The notes beneath the pieces are model-generated. The model did not search any database, was not told where the DNA came from, and worked only from the letters and a program-made list of their open reading frames with translations. 64,000 nt of DNA from an uncultured Chloroflexia bacterium (GTDB lineage Bacteria > Chloroflexota > Limnocylindria > Limnocylindrales > CSP1-4). A program made the position numbers and the translations under genes. The stretch spans positions 320,001-384,000 of the forward strand of contig CAVYBU010000007.1 in assembly GCA_963766735.1 (NCBI GenBank). Direction: 5' to 3'. Positions 23,618 to 34,484 of this stretch are shown piece after piece; position 1 is the first letter of the stretch; the number at the start of each line of letters is the position of its first letter.

Positions 23618-24747
23618 CCCGCGAGCCCCTCCTCCACGTACCGCTTGCCGCCGAGCGCCGCGGCGTCCACGACCTCGCCCACGACCCAGGCCGGGATTCC
23701 ACGCTCCCGCGCCAGCTCCACGGTAGCCGCGGCGGCTCCCGCCGGCACGACGATCACCATCCCCAGCCCCGCGTTGAACGTCGCGCGCAGCTCCGCCTCC
23801 GCGATCCCCCCGAGCGTCCCCAGCACGCGCATGACCGAGGGCATCGGCCAGAGCGACGGGTCCAGGCGGGCTCCAAGCGCTTCAGGCAATGCGCGCGGAA
23901 CGTTGCCGGGCAGGCCTCCACCAGTGACGTGGGCGATCCCGCGAACCTCGTGGCCCGCCGCCCCGAGGGCGGAGCGCATCGCCAGCATGTCCTTCGCGTA
24001 GATCCGCGTGGGCGTCAGAAGGACGTCACCCAGCGTCGCATCGGCGTCGAGCATCTCCCGCACCAGCGCCTCGTCTGCCGAGGCGTCGCCCAGCACCCGC
24101 CGGAGCAATCGCACATACGCCTCTCCAAGATCCAGCCGGTGCTCGGCGATCAGTCCTCGCACCAGCGAGTACCCGTTCGCATGCAGCCCTGAGGACGCCA
24201 GCCCCACGATCGCGTCGCCGGCCCGGGCGGCGGACCCGTCCAGCAGCCGCGACCGCTCGCCCACCCCGATGCAGAACCCCGCCAGGTCGAACGCGTCAGG
24301 CTCCATCACGCCCGGGTGCTCCGCCGTCTCGCCACCAGTGAGCGCGCAGCCCGCCTGGCGGCAGCCCTCGGCGATCCCCGACACCAGCGCGGCCACCCGG
24401 TCCGGGTCCAGTCTCCCGATCGCGATGTAGTCCAGGAACGCCAGCGGCTCGGCTCCCGTGCACGCCACGTCGTCCGCGCACATCGCGACGAGGTCGATCC
24501 CGATCGTGTCCAGCCGCCCCAGCGCGGCCGCAATCGCCGTCTTCGTGCCCACGCCGTCCGTGGACGAGATGATGACGGGCTCCCGGTAGCCAGCCGGGAT
24601 CGCCACCGCGGAGCCGAACCCGCCCAGGCCGTCCAGCACCTCCGGCCGCCAGGTGGATGCCACGGACCCGCGCATCAGCTCCACGGCCCGCTCGCCGGCG
24701 GCGACATCGACCCCGGCGCGTGCGTAGGCGGCCCGCTCGCCGGTCAT
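23614..24747 (-). CDS. purM: Phosphoribosylformylglycinamidine cyclo-ligase (AIR synthetase)
   Basis: YARAGVD, TDGVGTK, GGETAE, SSGLHANGYSL, HVTGGG and TFNAG motifs. Confidence 0.96.
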   Translation of the reverse strand: MTGERAAYARAGVDVAAGERAVELMRGSVASTWRPEVLDGLGGFGSAVAIPAGYREPVIISSTDGVGTKTAIAAALGRLDTIGIDLVAMCADDVACTGAEPLAFLDYIAIGRLDPDRVAALVSGIAEGCRQAGCALTGGETAEHPGVMEPDAFDLAGFCIGVGERSRLLDGSAARAGDAIVGLASSGLHANGYSLVRGLIAEHRLDLGEAYVRLLRRVLGDASADEALVREMLDADATLGDVLLTPTRIYAKDMLAMRSALGAAGHEVRGIAHVTGGGLPGNVPRALPEALGARLDPSLWPMPSVMRVLGTLGGIAEAELRATFNAGLGMVIVVPAGAAAATVELARERGIPAWVVGEVVDAAALGGKRYVEEGLAG

Positions 24748-26198
24748 CGGGCCTCCACCGCCCCCACGGACCCTTCGAGCATGAACTTGCGCGCCGACAC
24801 GTCGTAGGGGACGGGCACCGGGTACCTGCCGTCGAAGCAGGCGAAGCAGAACTGGTCGTAGGGCAGGTCCAGCGCCGCCAGGACGCCGCGGATGGACAGG
24901 TAGCCCAGCGAGTCCGCCCCGATGAAGTCGCGGATCTCGTCGACCGAGTGACTGCCGGCGATCAGCTCGGTGTCGATCGCCGTGTCGATGCCGTAGAAGC
25001 ACGGGTGGTAGATCGGCGGGGCCGAGATCCGGACGTGGATCTCCCGGGCGCCGGCGCGCCGCAGAAGGCCCACGATCTGCTTGGTCGTGGTGCCGCGGAC
25101 GATCGAGTCGTCCACGACGATCAGGCGCTTGTCGCGGACGACCTCGCGCAGGGGGCTCAGCTTGACGTTGACGCCGCGCTGGCGCATCGCCTGGGAGGGC
25201 TGGATGAACGTCCGGCCGCTGTAGCGGTTGCGGACCATCCCCTCGCGGTACGGGATCCCGGATGCCTCCGCGAAGCCCGCCGCGGCCGGCGCGCCCGTGT
25301 CCGGCACGGGCATCACCATGTCGGCCTCCACCGCGTGCTCCGAGGCCAGCTGGATCCCCATCTGGCGGCGCGCCTCGTACAGGTTGCGCCCCAGCATGTA
25401 TGAGTCGGGCCGGGCGAAGTAGATGAGCTCGAACACGCACAGGGCGGGCGTTGCGGTTGCGTAGCGCACCGAGACGGGCTCGCGGCCGGGCTCCAGGATG
25501 ACGATCTCGCCGGGTTCCACGTCCCGGACCAGCTCCGCGCCGACGATGTCGAGCGCGGCGGTCTCGGACGCGAGGATCCAGCCGCCGGTGTCGTCGCCCC
25601 AGAGGTCGGGACCGCCGGCGTCGGCCGGGACCGGGAGGCGGCCGAGCACGAGCGGACGGAAGCCGTGCGGGTCACGGACGCCGATGACGCGGTGCTCGTC
25701 GAGGATCACGAGGCTGAACGCTCCACGGACACGCGGCAGGACCTTGCGAAGGGCATCCACGGTGTCGTCCGCGGGCTCGTCCGCGAGGAGGGCCGTCAGC
25801 AGCTCCGTGTCCGTGCTGGCAGGGAGCCGGCCACGGCCGCCACGGAGCTGCTCGAGGAGCTCTCGCGTGTTGACGAGGTTCCCGTTGTGGCCGATGGCGA
25901 GGGCGCGCCGTGGGCCCAGGCGGAGCGTCGGCTGGGCGTTCTCCCAGACCGTGGAGCCCGTGGTGGAATAGCGGCAGTGGGCCACGGCCAGGTCCCCGGC
26001 CAGCGACGGGATCCGTCGCTCGTCCAGCACCTGGCCCACCATGCCCAGGTCCTTGTAGATCATGAGGTGTTGACCGTCGGACACGCCGACGCCCGCCGAT
26101 TCCTGGCCCCGGTGCTGGAGTGCGAAGAGGGCGGTCGCCGCCACGGCCGCCGCCTCGTGGCCACGGTTGGGCAGGACGACCCCGACCACGCCGCACAT
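24744..26198 (-). CDS. purF: Amidophosphoribosyltransferase
   Basis: N-terminal MCG, LQHRGQESAG, HNGNL, CVFELIYFARPDS, VDDSIVRGTT and CFACF motifs. Confidence 0.97.
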   Translation of the reverse strand: MCGVVGVVLPNRGHEAAAVAATALFALQHRGQESAGVGVSDGQHLMIYKDLGMVGQVLDERRIPSLAGDLAVAHCRYSTTGSTVWENAQPTLRLGPRRALAIGHNGNLVNTRELLEQLRGGRGRLPASTDTELLTALLADEPADDTVDALRKVLPRVRGAFSLVILDEHRVIGVRDPHGFRPLVLGRLPVPADAGGPDLWGDDTGGWILASETAALDIVGAELVRDVEPGEIVILEPGREPVSVRYATATPALCVFELIYFARPDSYMLGRNLYEARRQMGIQLASEHAVEADMVMPVPDTGAPAAAGFAEASGIPYREGMVRNRYSGRTFIQPSQAMRQRGVNVKLSPLREVVRDKRLIVVDDSIVRGTTTKQIVGLLRRAGAREIHVRISAPPIYHPCFYGIDTAIDTELIAGSHSVDEIRDFIGADSLGYLSIRGVLAALDLPYDQFCFACFDGRYPVPVPYDVSARKFMLEGSVGAVEAR

Positions 26199-28540
26199 CA
26201 GCCGCCGGACTCCCAGCCGAGCGCCCGAGGCAGACCGTGCTCCCACGCGTGCCGCAGGTCCGCCACCGGGACCTCCAGCGCATCCGCGATCCGGCTGCCG
26301 CGCTCCTCGGCGGCGCCCGTGGCGCCCTCGCCGGTCAGCTCCACGACCAGGCGGTGGCCACCGGTCGCCCCGAGCGTCTCCACCGGCAGGCCGTGATGGC
26401 GGGCAAGGAGCGCGAGGGCCGGTGCGTGGCGCTGCGTCGTCTCCACGACCAGGCGCGACGGGCTCTCCCCGAACAGCGCCACGGCCGGCGAGTCGCCGAC
26501 GCCGAGCCTCAGCTGCGCGCCCACGTCGCCCCAGATGCACATCTCGGCGAGCGCCACGGCCAGGCCGCCGCCGGAGACGTCCTGGCAGCTCTCCACGAGG
26601 CCCCGGGCAATGGCCTCCCGGATGAACGCCTGCAGCCGTGTCTCCACGGCCAGGTCAAGGACCGGCGGGCCGTCCTCGAAGGCGCTGCCCGCCAGGCGGG
26701 CGTACTCGCTGCCGGCGAGGCCCGGGCCCGCGTGACCGACCAGCAGCACGGCACTCCCGGCCGCGACGAACGCCGGACCGACGCGCCTGGACACGTCCGT
26801 CAGCAGCCCCACGATCCCGATCTCCGGCGTGGGCGCGATGGCGGAGCCGGGCGCCTCGTTGTAGAGCGAGACGTTGCCACCCGTGACCGGAAGGCCCAGT
26901 GCGGTGCACGCGTCGGCAAGACCACGGACGCCCTCTGCCAGGGCCCAGAAGGCCTCCGGCCGCGTCGGATCGCCGTAGTTGAGGCAGTTGGTCACGCCCA
27001 GCGGCCGCGCGCCGGTGATGGACACGTTGCGCGAGGCCTCGGCAACCGACATGGCGGCGCCCAGCCACGGGTCCACGGCGCTGACCGGGGCGTTGCCGTC
27101 CGTCGTGGCGACCAGCGCCTTCGTCGTGCCCTTGATCCGGATCACTGCCGCCCCTCGCCCGGGGCCGGTCACGGTGTTGGCCTGGACGTTGTGGTCGTAC
27201 TGCTCGTAGACGGACCGGCGCGACGAGAGGTTCGGCGAACCGAGCAGCGCCACCAGCACGGCACCGGGGTCCTGGCCGCGGAGCGGCAGCTGGTCCACAG
27301 GCTCCGCAGGGGCACCGGGAGCGGGGGCCGGGCGACGCCGGGCCGGTGCCCGCGACACACGTTCGAAGACGATTGCCTCGGACGCCAGGGCGCGCGCAGG
27401 GATGCGGGCGAGCTCCTCGGCGCCGCTCACCGGGCGGCCGTCGGCATCCAGCGCGCCGCGACCGCCGGGTCCCGTGAGAATGACGATATCCCGCTCCCCC
27501 GTGACCCGGCCGATGATCGCAACGGGCAGGTCCCACCGCTCGCAGACAGCTCGGACTCCCTCCCAGCGCGCGGGCTCAACGATCGCGACCATCCTCTCCT
27601 GAGACTCGGAGATCATGACCTCGAACGGCTCGAGGCCCGGCTCCCGGCGCGGGATCGCGTCCAGGTCCACCAGCATCCCGGTGCCGCCGCGGTCCGCGGT
27701 CTCGCAGGTGGCGCACGTGATCCCGGCGGCGCCCAGGTCCTGGATCGAGACGACGAGACCCTTCGCGATCAGCTCCAGCGTCGCCTCGATGAGCAGCTTC
27801 TCCGCGAACGGGTCCCCGACCTGGACGGACGGGCGCTTGCTGGGGTCCTGCTCACCGAAGGTGGCGCTGGCGAGGACCGACGCCCCACCGATGCCGTCCC
27901 GGCCGGTCGCCGAGCCGTAGAGCACGACGAGGTTGCCGGGGCCGTCCGCGGACGCCCGCATCAGCATCCCGTCCTCGAGCAGACCGATCGCCATGACGTT
28001 GACCAGCGGATTGCCCTGGTAGGACGGATCGAACACCAGCTCGCCGCCGACGGTGGGCACGCCCACGCAGTTGCCGTAGCCGCCCACGCCGCGTACGACG
28101 CCGTCGACGAGGTGTCGCGTCCGGGCATCGGACGGATCCCCGAAACGCAGCGCGTCCAGGACGGCGATCGGGCGCGCGCCCATTGCGAACACGTCGCGCA
28201 GGATGCCGCCGACGCCGGTCGCGGCGCCCTGGTACGGCTCCACGGCGGACGGGTGGTTGTGGCTCTCGATCTTGAACGCGACCGCCAGGCCGTCGCCGAT
28301 CGCGATGACCCCCGCCTGCTCCCCCACCCCGGCGACAACGTCCTCGCCCTTCGTCGGGAGGGTGGCGAGCAGCGGCCGGGAGCTCTTGTAGGAGCAGTGC
28401 TCGCTCCACATGACGCTGAACATGGCCAGCTCGAGGTCGTTGGGGTCCCGGCCCAGCTTCGCCCGGATCGCCTCGAGCTCCACGTCCTCGAGCCCGAGGG
28501 TCCGGTGCAGCGGCATCGGCGGGATCGCGGACGCGGTCAT
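26198..28540 (-). CDS. purL: FGAM synthase subunit PurL (small form)
   Basis: [41 protein letters not shown] and LFGESPSR motifs. Confidence 0.97.
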   Translation of the reverse strand: MTASAIPPMPLHRTLGLEDVELEAIRAKLGRDPNDLELAMFSVMWSEHCSYKSSRPLLATLPTKGEDVVAGVGEQAGVIAIGDGLAVAFKIESHNHPSAVEPYQGAATGVGGILRDVFAMGARPIAVLDALRFGDPSDARTRHLVDGVVRGVGGYGNCVGVPTVGGELVFDPSYQGNPLVNVMAIGLLEDGMLMRASADGPGNLVVLYGSATGRDGIGGASVLASATFGEQDPSKRPSVQVGDPFAEKLLIEATLELIAKGLVVSIQDLGAAGITCATCETADRGGTGMLVDLDAIPRREPGLEPFEVMISESQERMVAIVEPARWEGVRAVCERWDLPVAIIGRVTGERDIVILTGPGGRGALDADGRPVSGAEELARIPARALASEAIVFERVSRAPARRRPAPAPGAPAEPVDQLPLRGQDPGAVLVALLGSPNLSSRRSVYEQYDHNVQANTVTGPGRGAAVIRIKGTTKALVATTDGNAPVSAVDPWLGAAMSVAEASRNVSITGARPLGVTNCLNYGDPTRPEAFWALAEGVRGLADACTALGLPVTGGNVSLYNEAPGSAIAPTPEIGIVGLLTDVSRRVGPAFVAAGSAVLLVGHAGPGLAGSEYARLAGSAFEDGPPVLDLAVETRLQAFIREAIARGLVESCQDVSGGGLAVALAEMCIWGDVGAQLRLGVGDSPAVALFGESPSRLVVETTQRHAPALALLARHHGLPVETLGATGGHRLVVELTGEGATGAAEERGSRIADALEVPVADLRHAWEHGLPRALGWESGG

Positions 28541-29298
28541 CGCACGCCCCCGGTGGCCACGACACCCGTGCCCGCGATCGAGCCCGTGCTGGCCCATTCC
28601 GCGGCGCTCACCACCAGCGAGCGGATGATGCCCAGGCCATCGTCCGAGCCGAGGATCGACTCGACCGCGGTCTCCGGGTGGGGCATCAGCCCCGCCACGT
28701 TGCCCGCGGCGTTGCGCACGCCCGCGATCCCGCGCAGCGACCCGTTCGGGTTGCCGGCATCGTCCGGTCCCGCGACGGAGCCGTCCCCGTTCGCGTAGCG
28801 CCACAGCACGCCGCCGTCGCGCTCCAGCTCGTCCAGCGTCGCCTCGTCAGCGTAGTAGCAGCCCTCACCGTGGGCGACGGGCATCCGCAACGGCCGCCGT
28901 GCCCCGATCTCGCGCGTGAACGGCGAGTCCATGTGCTCGGGCAGGAGGGTGACCTCACGGCAGACGAACCGCAGGCCGCGGTTGCGCAGCAGGGCACCCG
29001 GCACCAGACTCGCCTCGGCGAGGACCTGGAACCCGTTGCAGATGCCCAGGACCGGGCCGCCCCGCTCCGCGAAGTCCGCCACGGCGCGCATCACGGGACT
29101 GAACCGCGCGATGACGCCGGCGCGCAGGTAGTCCCCGTACGCAAACCCGCCCGGGAGCAGGATCCCGGCGACGCCCGCCAGGTCCGCGTCCTCGTGCCAC
29201 AGGATCTCCGGCTCGGCACCAGCCACGCGCAGGGCATTGACCGCGTCGATGTCCCTGTTGGAGCCCGGGAACAGGACGACCCCGACGCGCACCGTCAC
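28537..29298 (-). CDS. purQ: FGAM synthase glutaminase subunit PurQ
   Basis: [33 protein letters not shown] and MPHPE motifs. Confidence 0.97.
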   Translation of the reverse strand: MTVRVGVVLFPGSNRDIDAVNALRVAGAEPEILWHEDADLAGVAGILLPGGFAYGDYLRAGVIARFSPVMRAVADFAERGGPVLGICNGFQVLAEASLVPGALLRNRGLRFVCREVTLLPEHMDSPFTREIGARRPLRMPVAHGEGCYYADEATLDELERDGGVLWRYANGDGSVAGPDDAGNPNGSLRGIAGVRNAAGNVAGLMPHPETAVESILGSDDGLGIIRSLVVSAAEWASTGSIAGTGVVATGGVR

Positions 29299-29600
29299 CC
29301 GTGCGTCCCCGTATCGGCCACCACGACCTCGCCCACCTCGCCCAGCGGCTCGACCTCGAACAGCTCCATCAGCGGGTTCGAGAGCAGCTCGCCCGCCAGT
29401 CGGTCCACCACGGCCCGGGCGGCGGCCTCGTCGGCGGCCTCCACGACCATCTCGACCCGGCGGCCGACCCGGACTCCGCTCACCCCGGTGATGCCGAGGT
29501 GCGGGAGGCTGCGCTCAACGGCCTTTCCCTGGGGGTCCAGGATGCCGGGCTTGGGCGTGACGTTGACGGCGTAGCGGTAGGCGCGGGCCGGGTCGCTCAT
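29295..29600 (-). CDS. purS: FGAM synthase subunit PurS
   Basis: KPGILDPQGKAV...LLSNPLME; lies between purC and purQ. Confidence 0.95.
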   Translation of the reverse strand: MSDPARAYRYAVNVTPKPGILDPQGKAVERSLPHLGITGVSGVRVGRRVEMVVEAADEAAARAVVDRLAGELLSNPLMELFEVEPLGEVGEVVVADTGTHG

Positions 29601-30514
29601 CGTGCGATGACATCCTCCGTGAGATAGCGGGCGAAGCTCGCCCCGGTGATGCGTTCGAAGGCCTCGACGTAGCGGGTCCGGGTGCCGGCCACCACGTCCT
29701 CCGGGAGCTCCGGCCCGGGCGCGGTCTTGTCCCACGGCTGCCGCTCCAGCCAGTCGCGGACGAACTGCTTGTCATAGCTGGCCTGGGCACGCCCCGGTTC
29801 ATACGCCGCGGCATCCCAGAAGCGCGAGGAATCCGGCGTCATGACCTCGTCGATGAGCACCAGCGCGCCCGACGACACGAGGCCGAACTCGAACTTGGTG
29901 TCCGCGAGGATGATCCCGACCCGCTCGCATTGGGCGGCGCCGCGGTGGTAGAGCGCGAGCGAGACCGAACGCACCTGCTCCGCCAGCTCCTCGCCGATCA
30001 ACTCCTGAACGTGGTGGAAGTCGACGTTCTCGTCGTGCTGGCCGGCCGGCGCCTTCGAGGCCGGCGTGAAGATGGCCGACGGCAGGCGGTCGCTCTCGCG
30101 GATGCCATCCGGGAACCTGATCCCGCAGACGGCGCCGGTGGCCTGGTAGTCCCTCCAGCCGGAACCGCTGAGGTATCCGCGCACGACGCATTCCACCGGC
30201 AGGACGGAGGCTTGGCGACCGAGCATGATCCGGCCGCGGAGGTCCGCGATGAGCCACGGGTCGCCCCGCGTGATCTCCTCGGGGAGGTCCACGGGATCCG
30301 TGGCCAGCAGGTGGTTCGGGACGATGTCGGTCGTCTCGGAGAACCAGAACCGAGAGAGGCCGGTCAGGATCCGGCCCTTGTCGGGGATCGGCGTGGGCAG
30401 GACGACGTCGAAGGCGGACAGGCGATCGCTGGCGACCAGGAGGAGGCGGTCGTCGTCGACGCGGTACAGGTCCCGGACCTTGCCGGACCGCACAAAGGAA
30501 TCAGCGAGCGGCAT
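29597..30514 (-). CDS. purC: SAICAR synthase
   Basis: SGKVRDLY, SDRLSAFD, ECVVRGY, DTKFEFG, TPDSSRFW and DKQFVRDWL motifs. Confidence 0.97.
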   Translation of the reverse strand: MPLADSFVRSGKVRDLYRVDDDRLLLVASDRLSAFDVVLPTPIPDKGRILTGLSRFWFSETTDIVPNHLLATDPVDLPEEITRGDPWLIADLRGRIMLGRQASVLPVECVVRGYLSGSGWRDYQATGAVCGIRFPDGIRESDRLPSAIFTPASKAPAGQHDENVDFHHVQELIGEELAEQVRSVSLALYHRGAAQCERVGIILADTKFEFGLVSSGALVLIDEVMTPDSSRFWDAAAYEPGRAQASYDKQFVRDWLERQPWDKTAPGPELPEDVVAGTRTRYVEAFERITGASFARYLTEDVIAR

Positions 30515-31829
30515 CGGGATCCCCCTTGCGCTCGAGCGCGTCCAGGCGGGCGATCACCTCCGGCACGTGCCGGAGGACCGCTGCGTCATCGAAGCAGGAA
30601 TCGAGGTCCGCGAGCGGCAGCCGCCCGGCGACCGCGGGATCCGTGGCCAGGAGGTCGTGAAGCGGCACCCGCTCGTCGGCGGCCCGCAGGGCATTGCGCT
30701 GGACGATGGCGTAGGCGTCCTCGCGCGACAGCCCGGCCGTCTCGACCAGGGCCAGCAGCACCCGCGAGGAGGCATGGAGCCCAAGGCCGCGCTCGATGTT
30801 CTCGCGCATCCGCTCCGGGCGGACCACCAGCCCTTCGACCAGGCCCGTCGTCCTGACCAGCATGTAGTCCAGCAGCGTCGTGGCGTCGGGGAGGATCACC
30901 CGCTCCGCGGAGCTGTGGCTGATGTCGCGCTCGTGCCACAGGGGCTGGTTCTCGAGGGCCGTGTGGGCGTAGCCGCGCAGGAGCCGCGCGAGACCCGCGA
31001 TCCGCTCGGACAGGATCGGGTTGCGCTTGTGGGGCATGGCGCTCGAGCCCTTCTGGCCGCTCCTGAACGGCTCCATGACCTCGGCGATCTCGGTGTGCTG
31101 GAGGTTGCGGACCTCGGTTGCGAGCCGCTCGAGGGTGCCGCCGAGGATCGCGATCGCCGCGAGGAAGGCGGCGTGACGGTCCCGCTGGACGATCTGGGTG
31201 CTGACCGGGTCCACGCGCAGGCCCAGGTCAGCGAGCACCTCCGCCTCGAGATCGGGGCCGAGGTGGCTGTACGTCCCAACCGGGCCACTGATCTTGCCGG
31301 TGGCGATCTCGGCGGTGGCCTGCGCCAGGCGCTCGCGGCCGCGGGCGACCTCGAACGCCCAGCCGGCGCACTTCAGGCCGAAGGTCGTGGGCTCCGCGTG
31401 CACGGAGTGCGTGCGACCCATCATCACGGTGCCTGCCTCGCGCCGGGCACGGGCGATGAGGGCGGCGAGCAGGTTGTCCGCATCGAACAGGAGGCGTTCC
31501 CCGGCGGCCCGCAGTTGGAGCGCCAGCGCAGTATCCACGACGTCGCTGCTGGTCAGGCCCAGGTGCAGGAACCGCCCCTCGGGCCCCACGCTCTCCGCCA
31601 CCTGCGAGACGAAGGCGATGACGTCGTGATCCGTGGTCGCCTCGATCTCGGCGATCCGGTCCACGTCCACGACCGCGCGGACCTCGATGACGGCCAGTGC
31701 CTCGGCCGGAACGAGCCCGCGACGGACCTGCGCCCGGCAGACGGCGATCTCCACCTCGAGCATGCGCTCGAAACGGGCCTGCTCGGACCAGGTGGCAGCC
31801 ATCTCCGGGAGCGTGTAGCGGCGGATCAC
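30501..31829 (-). CDS. purB: Adenylosuccinate lyase
   Basis: HDVIAF, GLTSSD, GRTH, GSSAMPHKRNP and HERDISHS motifs. Confidence 0.97.
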   Translation of the reverse strand: MIRRYTLPEMAATWSEQARFERMLEVEIAVCRAQVRRGLVPAEALAVIEVRAVVDVDRIAEIEATTDHDVIAFVSQVAESVGPEGRFLHLGLTSSDVVDTALALQLRAAGERLLFDADNLLAALIARARREAGTVMMGRTHSVHAEPTTFGLKCAGWAFEVARGRERLAQATAEIATGKISGPVGTYSHLGPDLEAEVLADLGLRVDPVSTQIVQRDRHAAFLAAIAILGGTLERLATEVRNLQHTEIAEVMEPFRSGQKGSSAMPHKRNPILSERIAGLARLLRGYAHTALENQPLWHERDISHSSAERVILPDATTLLDYMLVRTTGLVEGLVVRPERMRENIERGLGLHASSRVLLALVETAGLSREDAYAIVQRNALRAADERVPLHDLLATDPAVAGRLPLADLDSCFDDAAVLRHVPEVIARLDALERKGDPDAAR

Positions 31830-33160
31830 CGGGCGACCTCCAGCGCTGCGGGGTGTGGCAGGTCCAGCGCGATGTCGCGCCGGCGCTGCAGGCCATCCCA
31901 GGTGATGGACTCCGCGGCCACCTCGGCCGCCACCCGTGCTGCCGCCAGGTCCGGGCCCCGCCCGACGACCGTCAGCACCCGACCGCCGTTCGTCCCGAAG
32001 CCGGTGCCGTCCTGCTGCGCCACGGTTCCCGCATGGAACACCAGCGCACCCCGGTCCCGGGCGGCGTCCAGGCCGCTGATCGGGTCACCGCGGCGTGGGT
32101 CGCCGGGGTAGCCCGCTGCAGCCAGGACGATCCCCACGGCGGCGCCCGGCATGACCGGCACCCGCGGCGGGAGGGTGTCCGCGAGGCTGCCCTGCGCGGC
32201 GGCAAGGAGCAGCGGGCCCAGGTCGGCGGCGACGCGCGGCAGGATCACCTGCGCTTCGGGATCCCCCAGGCGGACGTTGATCTCCAGCATGACCGGCCCG
32301 TCGGTCGTGAGCATCAGGCCCGCGTACAGGAAGCCGCGGAAGGGGGCGCCTCGACGGGCCATCTCGGCGAGGATCGGCCGGTGGACGGTCTCGAGCACCT
32401 TCTCGACTGCGGCATCGCCCAGGTCCGGGAGCGGCGAGTAGGCGCCCATGCCGCCGGTATTGGGGCCTGCGTCGCCGTCGCACAGGCGCTTGTGGTCCCG
32501 GGCGGCCGGCAGGGCCACGACCCGCTCCCCGTCGCAGATGGCGATGACGCTGGCCTCCCGGCCCGTCAGCCGCTCCTCCACGACCAGGGCGGGAGCGTCT
32601 CCCGGACGGCCCTCCAGGAAGGAGGGTGCCAGCTCGAGGGCCTGCGCGATCGACGTCGTGACGACGACGCCCTTCCCCGCCGCCAGGCCGTCCGCCTTGA
32701 GGACCACCCCGACGTCGGCACCGGCCAGCTCCCGGATGAACGCCAGCGCGGCGTCCGTCTGGTCTCCGGCGAAGCTTCGGGCTCGGGCCATTGGCACTCC
32801 GGCGTCCTGTGCGACCTCATGGCAGAACGTCTTGGACGTCTCGAGCCGCGCGGCCTCCCTCGTCGGCCCGAAGACCGGTATGCCGGCGGCGCCCAGGGCA
32901 TCCGCGACGCCGACCGAGAGAGGGGCCTCCGGCCCGACGACCACGAGGTCGACGGCGGCGGCGCGGGCGAGAGCGGCCACGGCACCGGGGTCCATCGGGT
33001 CAACGGCAAGCGTCCTCACGCGTGGCTCAGCGTTGATCGCCGCGCCACCGGGTGCGACCAGCACCTCGGCGATTCCGTGCTCGTGAGCCAGCTTCCAGGC
33101 GAGCGCGTGCTCGCGGCCTCCTCCGCCGAGGACCAGGATGCGGGCGGGCACCTCGCGCAT
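31826..33160 (-). CDS. purD: Phosphoribosylamine-glycine ligase
   Basis: GGGGREHAL, GPEAPL, KADGLAAGKGV, GPNTGGMGAY, RLGDPE and GGRVL motifs. Confidence 0.97.
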   Translation of the reverse strand: MREVPARILVLGGGGREHALAWKLAHEHGIAEVLVAPGGAAINAEPRVRTLAVDPMDPGAVAALARAAAVDLVVVGPEAPLSVGVADALGAAGIPVFGPTREAARLETSKTFCHEVAQDAGVPMARARSFAGDQTDAALAFIRELAGADVGVVLKADGLAAGKGVVVTTSIAQALELAPSFLEGRPGDAPALVVEERLTGREASVIAICDGERVVALPAARDHKRLCDGDAGPNTGGMGAYSPLPDLGDAAVEKVLETVHRPILAEMARRGAPFRGFLYAGLMLTTDGPVMLEINVRLGDPEAQVILPRVAADLGPLLLAAAQGSLADTLPPRVPVMPGAAVGIVLAAAGYPGDPRRGDPISGLDAARDRGALVFHAGTVAQQDGTGFGTNGGRVLTVVGRGPDLAAARVAAEVAAESITWDGLQRRRDIALDLPHPAALEVAR

Positions 33161-33176
33161 CGGCGTGCTCGTGGGC

Positions 33177-34484
33177 CTACGCGGGTGTGGGCGGGCGGTG
33201 GCGCATCGGCCTCCACGCACGCTCGATCGTCTGGGTGCGCTCCGGTCCCACGGACACGAAGACGATGGGCACGCCGGCGTGGTCCTCGAGGGCCGTCACG
33301 TAGCGGCGGGCGTTCTCAGGCAGGTCCGCCAACGAGCGCACTTCGTGGATCGGCTCCTCCCAGCCCTCGAAGTCCTCGTAGACAGGCACGGCACGCGAGA
33401 GCGCGGCGCCGGACGACGGCCAGGTGTCGACCCGCCTGCCGTCGATCTCGTAGGCCACGCCCAGCCTGATCGTCTCGATGCCGGAGAGGATGTCGAGCTT
33501 GTTGAGGACGATCGCGCTGTTGGAGTTGACGGCGACGGCGTACCGCAAGGGGACGGTGTCGAACCAGCCAACGCGGCGCGCGCGACCGGTGACGGTGCCG
33601 AACTCCCGGCCGCGCTCCGCGATCCCCTTGCCGATGTCGTCGAACAGCTCGGTCGGGAACGGTCCGGAGCCCACCCGCGTGGAATATGCCTTCATGACGC
33701 CAATGACCTCGTCCACCTGGAGCGGGCCGATGCCGCCCCCGGTGCACGCGCCGCCCGCGACGGGGTTGGACGATGTGACGAAGGGGTAGCTGCCGTGGTC
33801 GAGGTCCAGGAGCGTGCCCTGGGCCCCTTCGAGGAGCACGTGGTCCCCGCGCCGGAGCGCGTCCTGGACAAGCCAGGTGCTGTCGTCCAGGTGCGGTCGC
33901 AGGCGCTCTCCCCAGGCCAGGCACTGGGCCACCAGCGGCTCGACCTCGAAGGCGTCGGTCCCCATCGCGAGGAGAAGCAGGTTCTTGTCGACGAGGGCGC
34001 GGGTGATGCGCTCGCGGAGGGTCGGCTCGTCAACCAGGTCCTCCATCCGGAGCCCCAGGCGCCAGGCTCGGTCGCCATACGTGGGCCCGATGCCGCGCCC
34101 GGTGGTTCCTACCTTGGCGCCCGCCAGCCGGCTCTCGTTGCCCTTATCGAGCGCCACGTGGTACGGCATGATCACGTGGGCGCTCCGGCTGACGCGGACC
34201 CTGGCCACGTCGATCCCGCGGGCGATCAGCATGTCCAGCTCGCGGATGAGCGTGGCCGGGTTGACGACCACCCCATTCCCGATGACCGACGTGATATGCG
34301 GATACAGGACGCCCGACGGGCACAGCTGGAGCTTCACCGTCTCGTCCCCGACCACCACCGTGTGGCCGGCGTTGTCGCCACCCTGGTAGCGGACGACCAT
34401 GGCGACCTGCTCGGCGAGGAAGTCGGTGGTCTTTCCCTTGCCTTCATCGCCCCACTGGAGGCCGACGATCACGGTCGCGGGCAT
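33177..34484 (-). CDS. purA: Adenylosuccinate synthetase
   Basis: QWGDEGKGK, GGDNAGHT, GTTGRGIGP, EGAQG and GTVTGRARRVGW motifs. Confidence 0.97.
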   Translation of the reverse strand: MPATVIVGLQWGDEGKGKTTDFLAEQVAMVVRYQGGDNAGHTVVVGDETVKLQLCPSGVLYPHITSVIGNGVVVNPATLIRELDMLIARGIDVARVRVSRSAHVIMPYHVALDKGNESRLAGAKVGTTGRGIGPTYGDRAWRLGLRMEDLVDEPTLRERITRALVDKNLLLLAMGTDAFEVEPLVAQCLAWGERLRPHLDDSTWLVQDALRRGDHVLLEGAQGTLLDLDHGSYPFVTSSNPVAGGACTGGGIGPLQVDEVIGVMKAYSTRVGSGPFPTELFDDIGKGIAERGREFGTVTGRARRVGWFDTVPLRYAVAVNSNSAIVLNKLDILSGIETIRLGVAYEIDGRRVDTWPSSGAALSRAVPVYEDFEGWEEPIHEVRSLADLPENARRYVTALEDHAGVPIVFVSVGPERTQTIERAWRPMRHRPPTPA

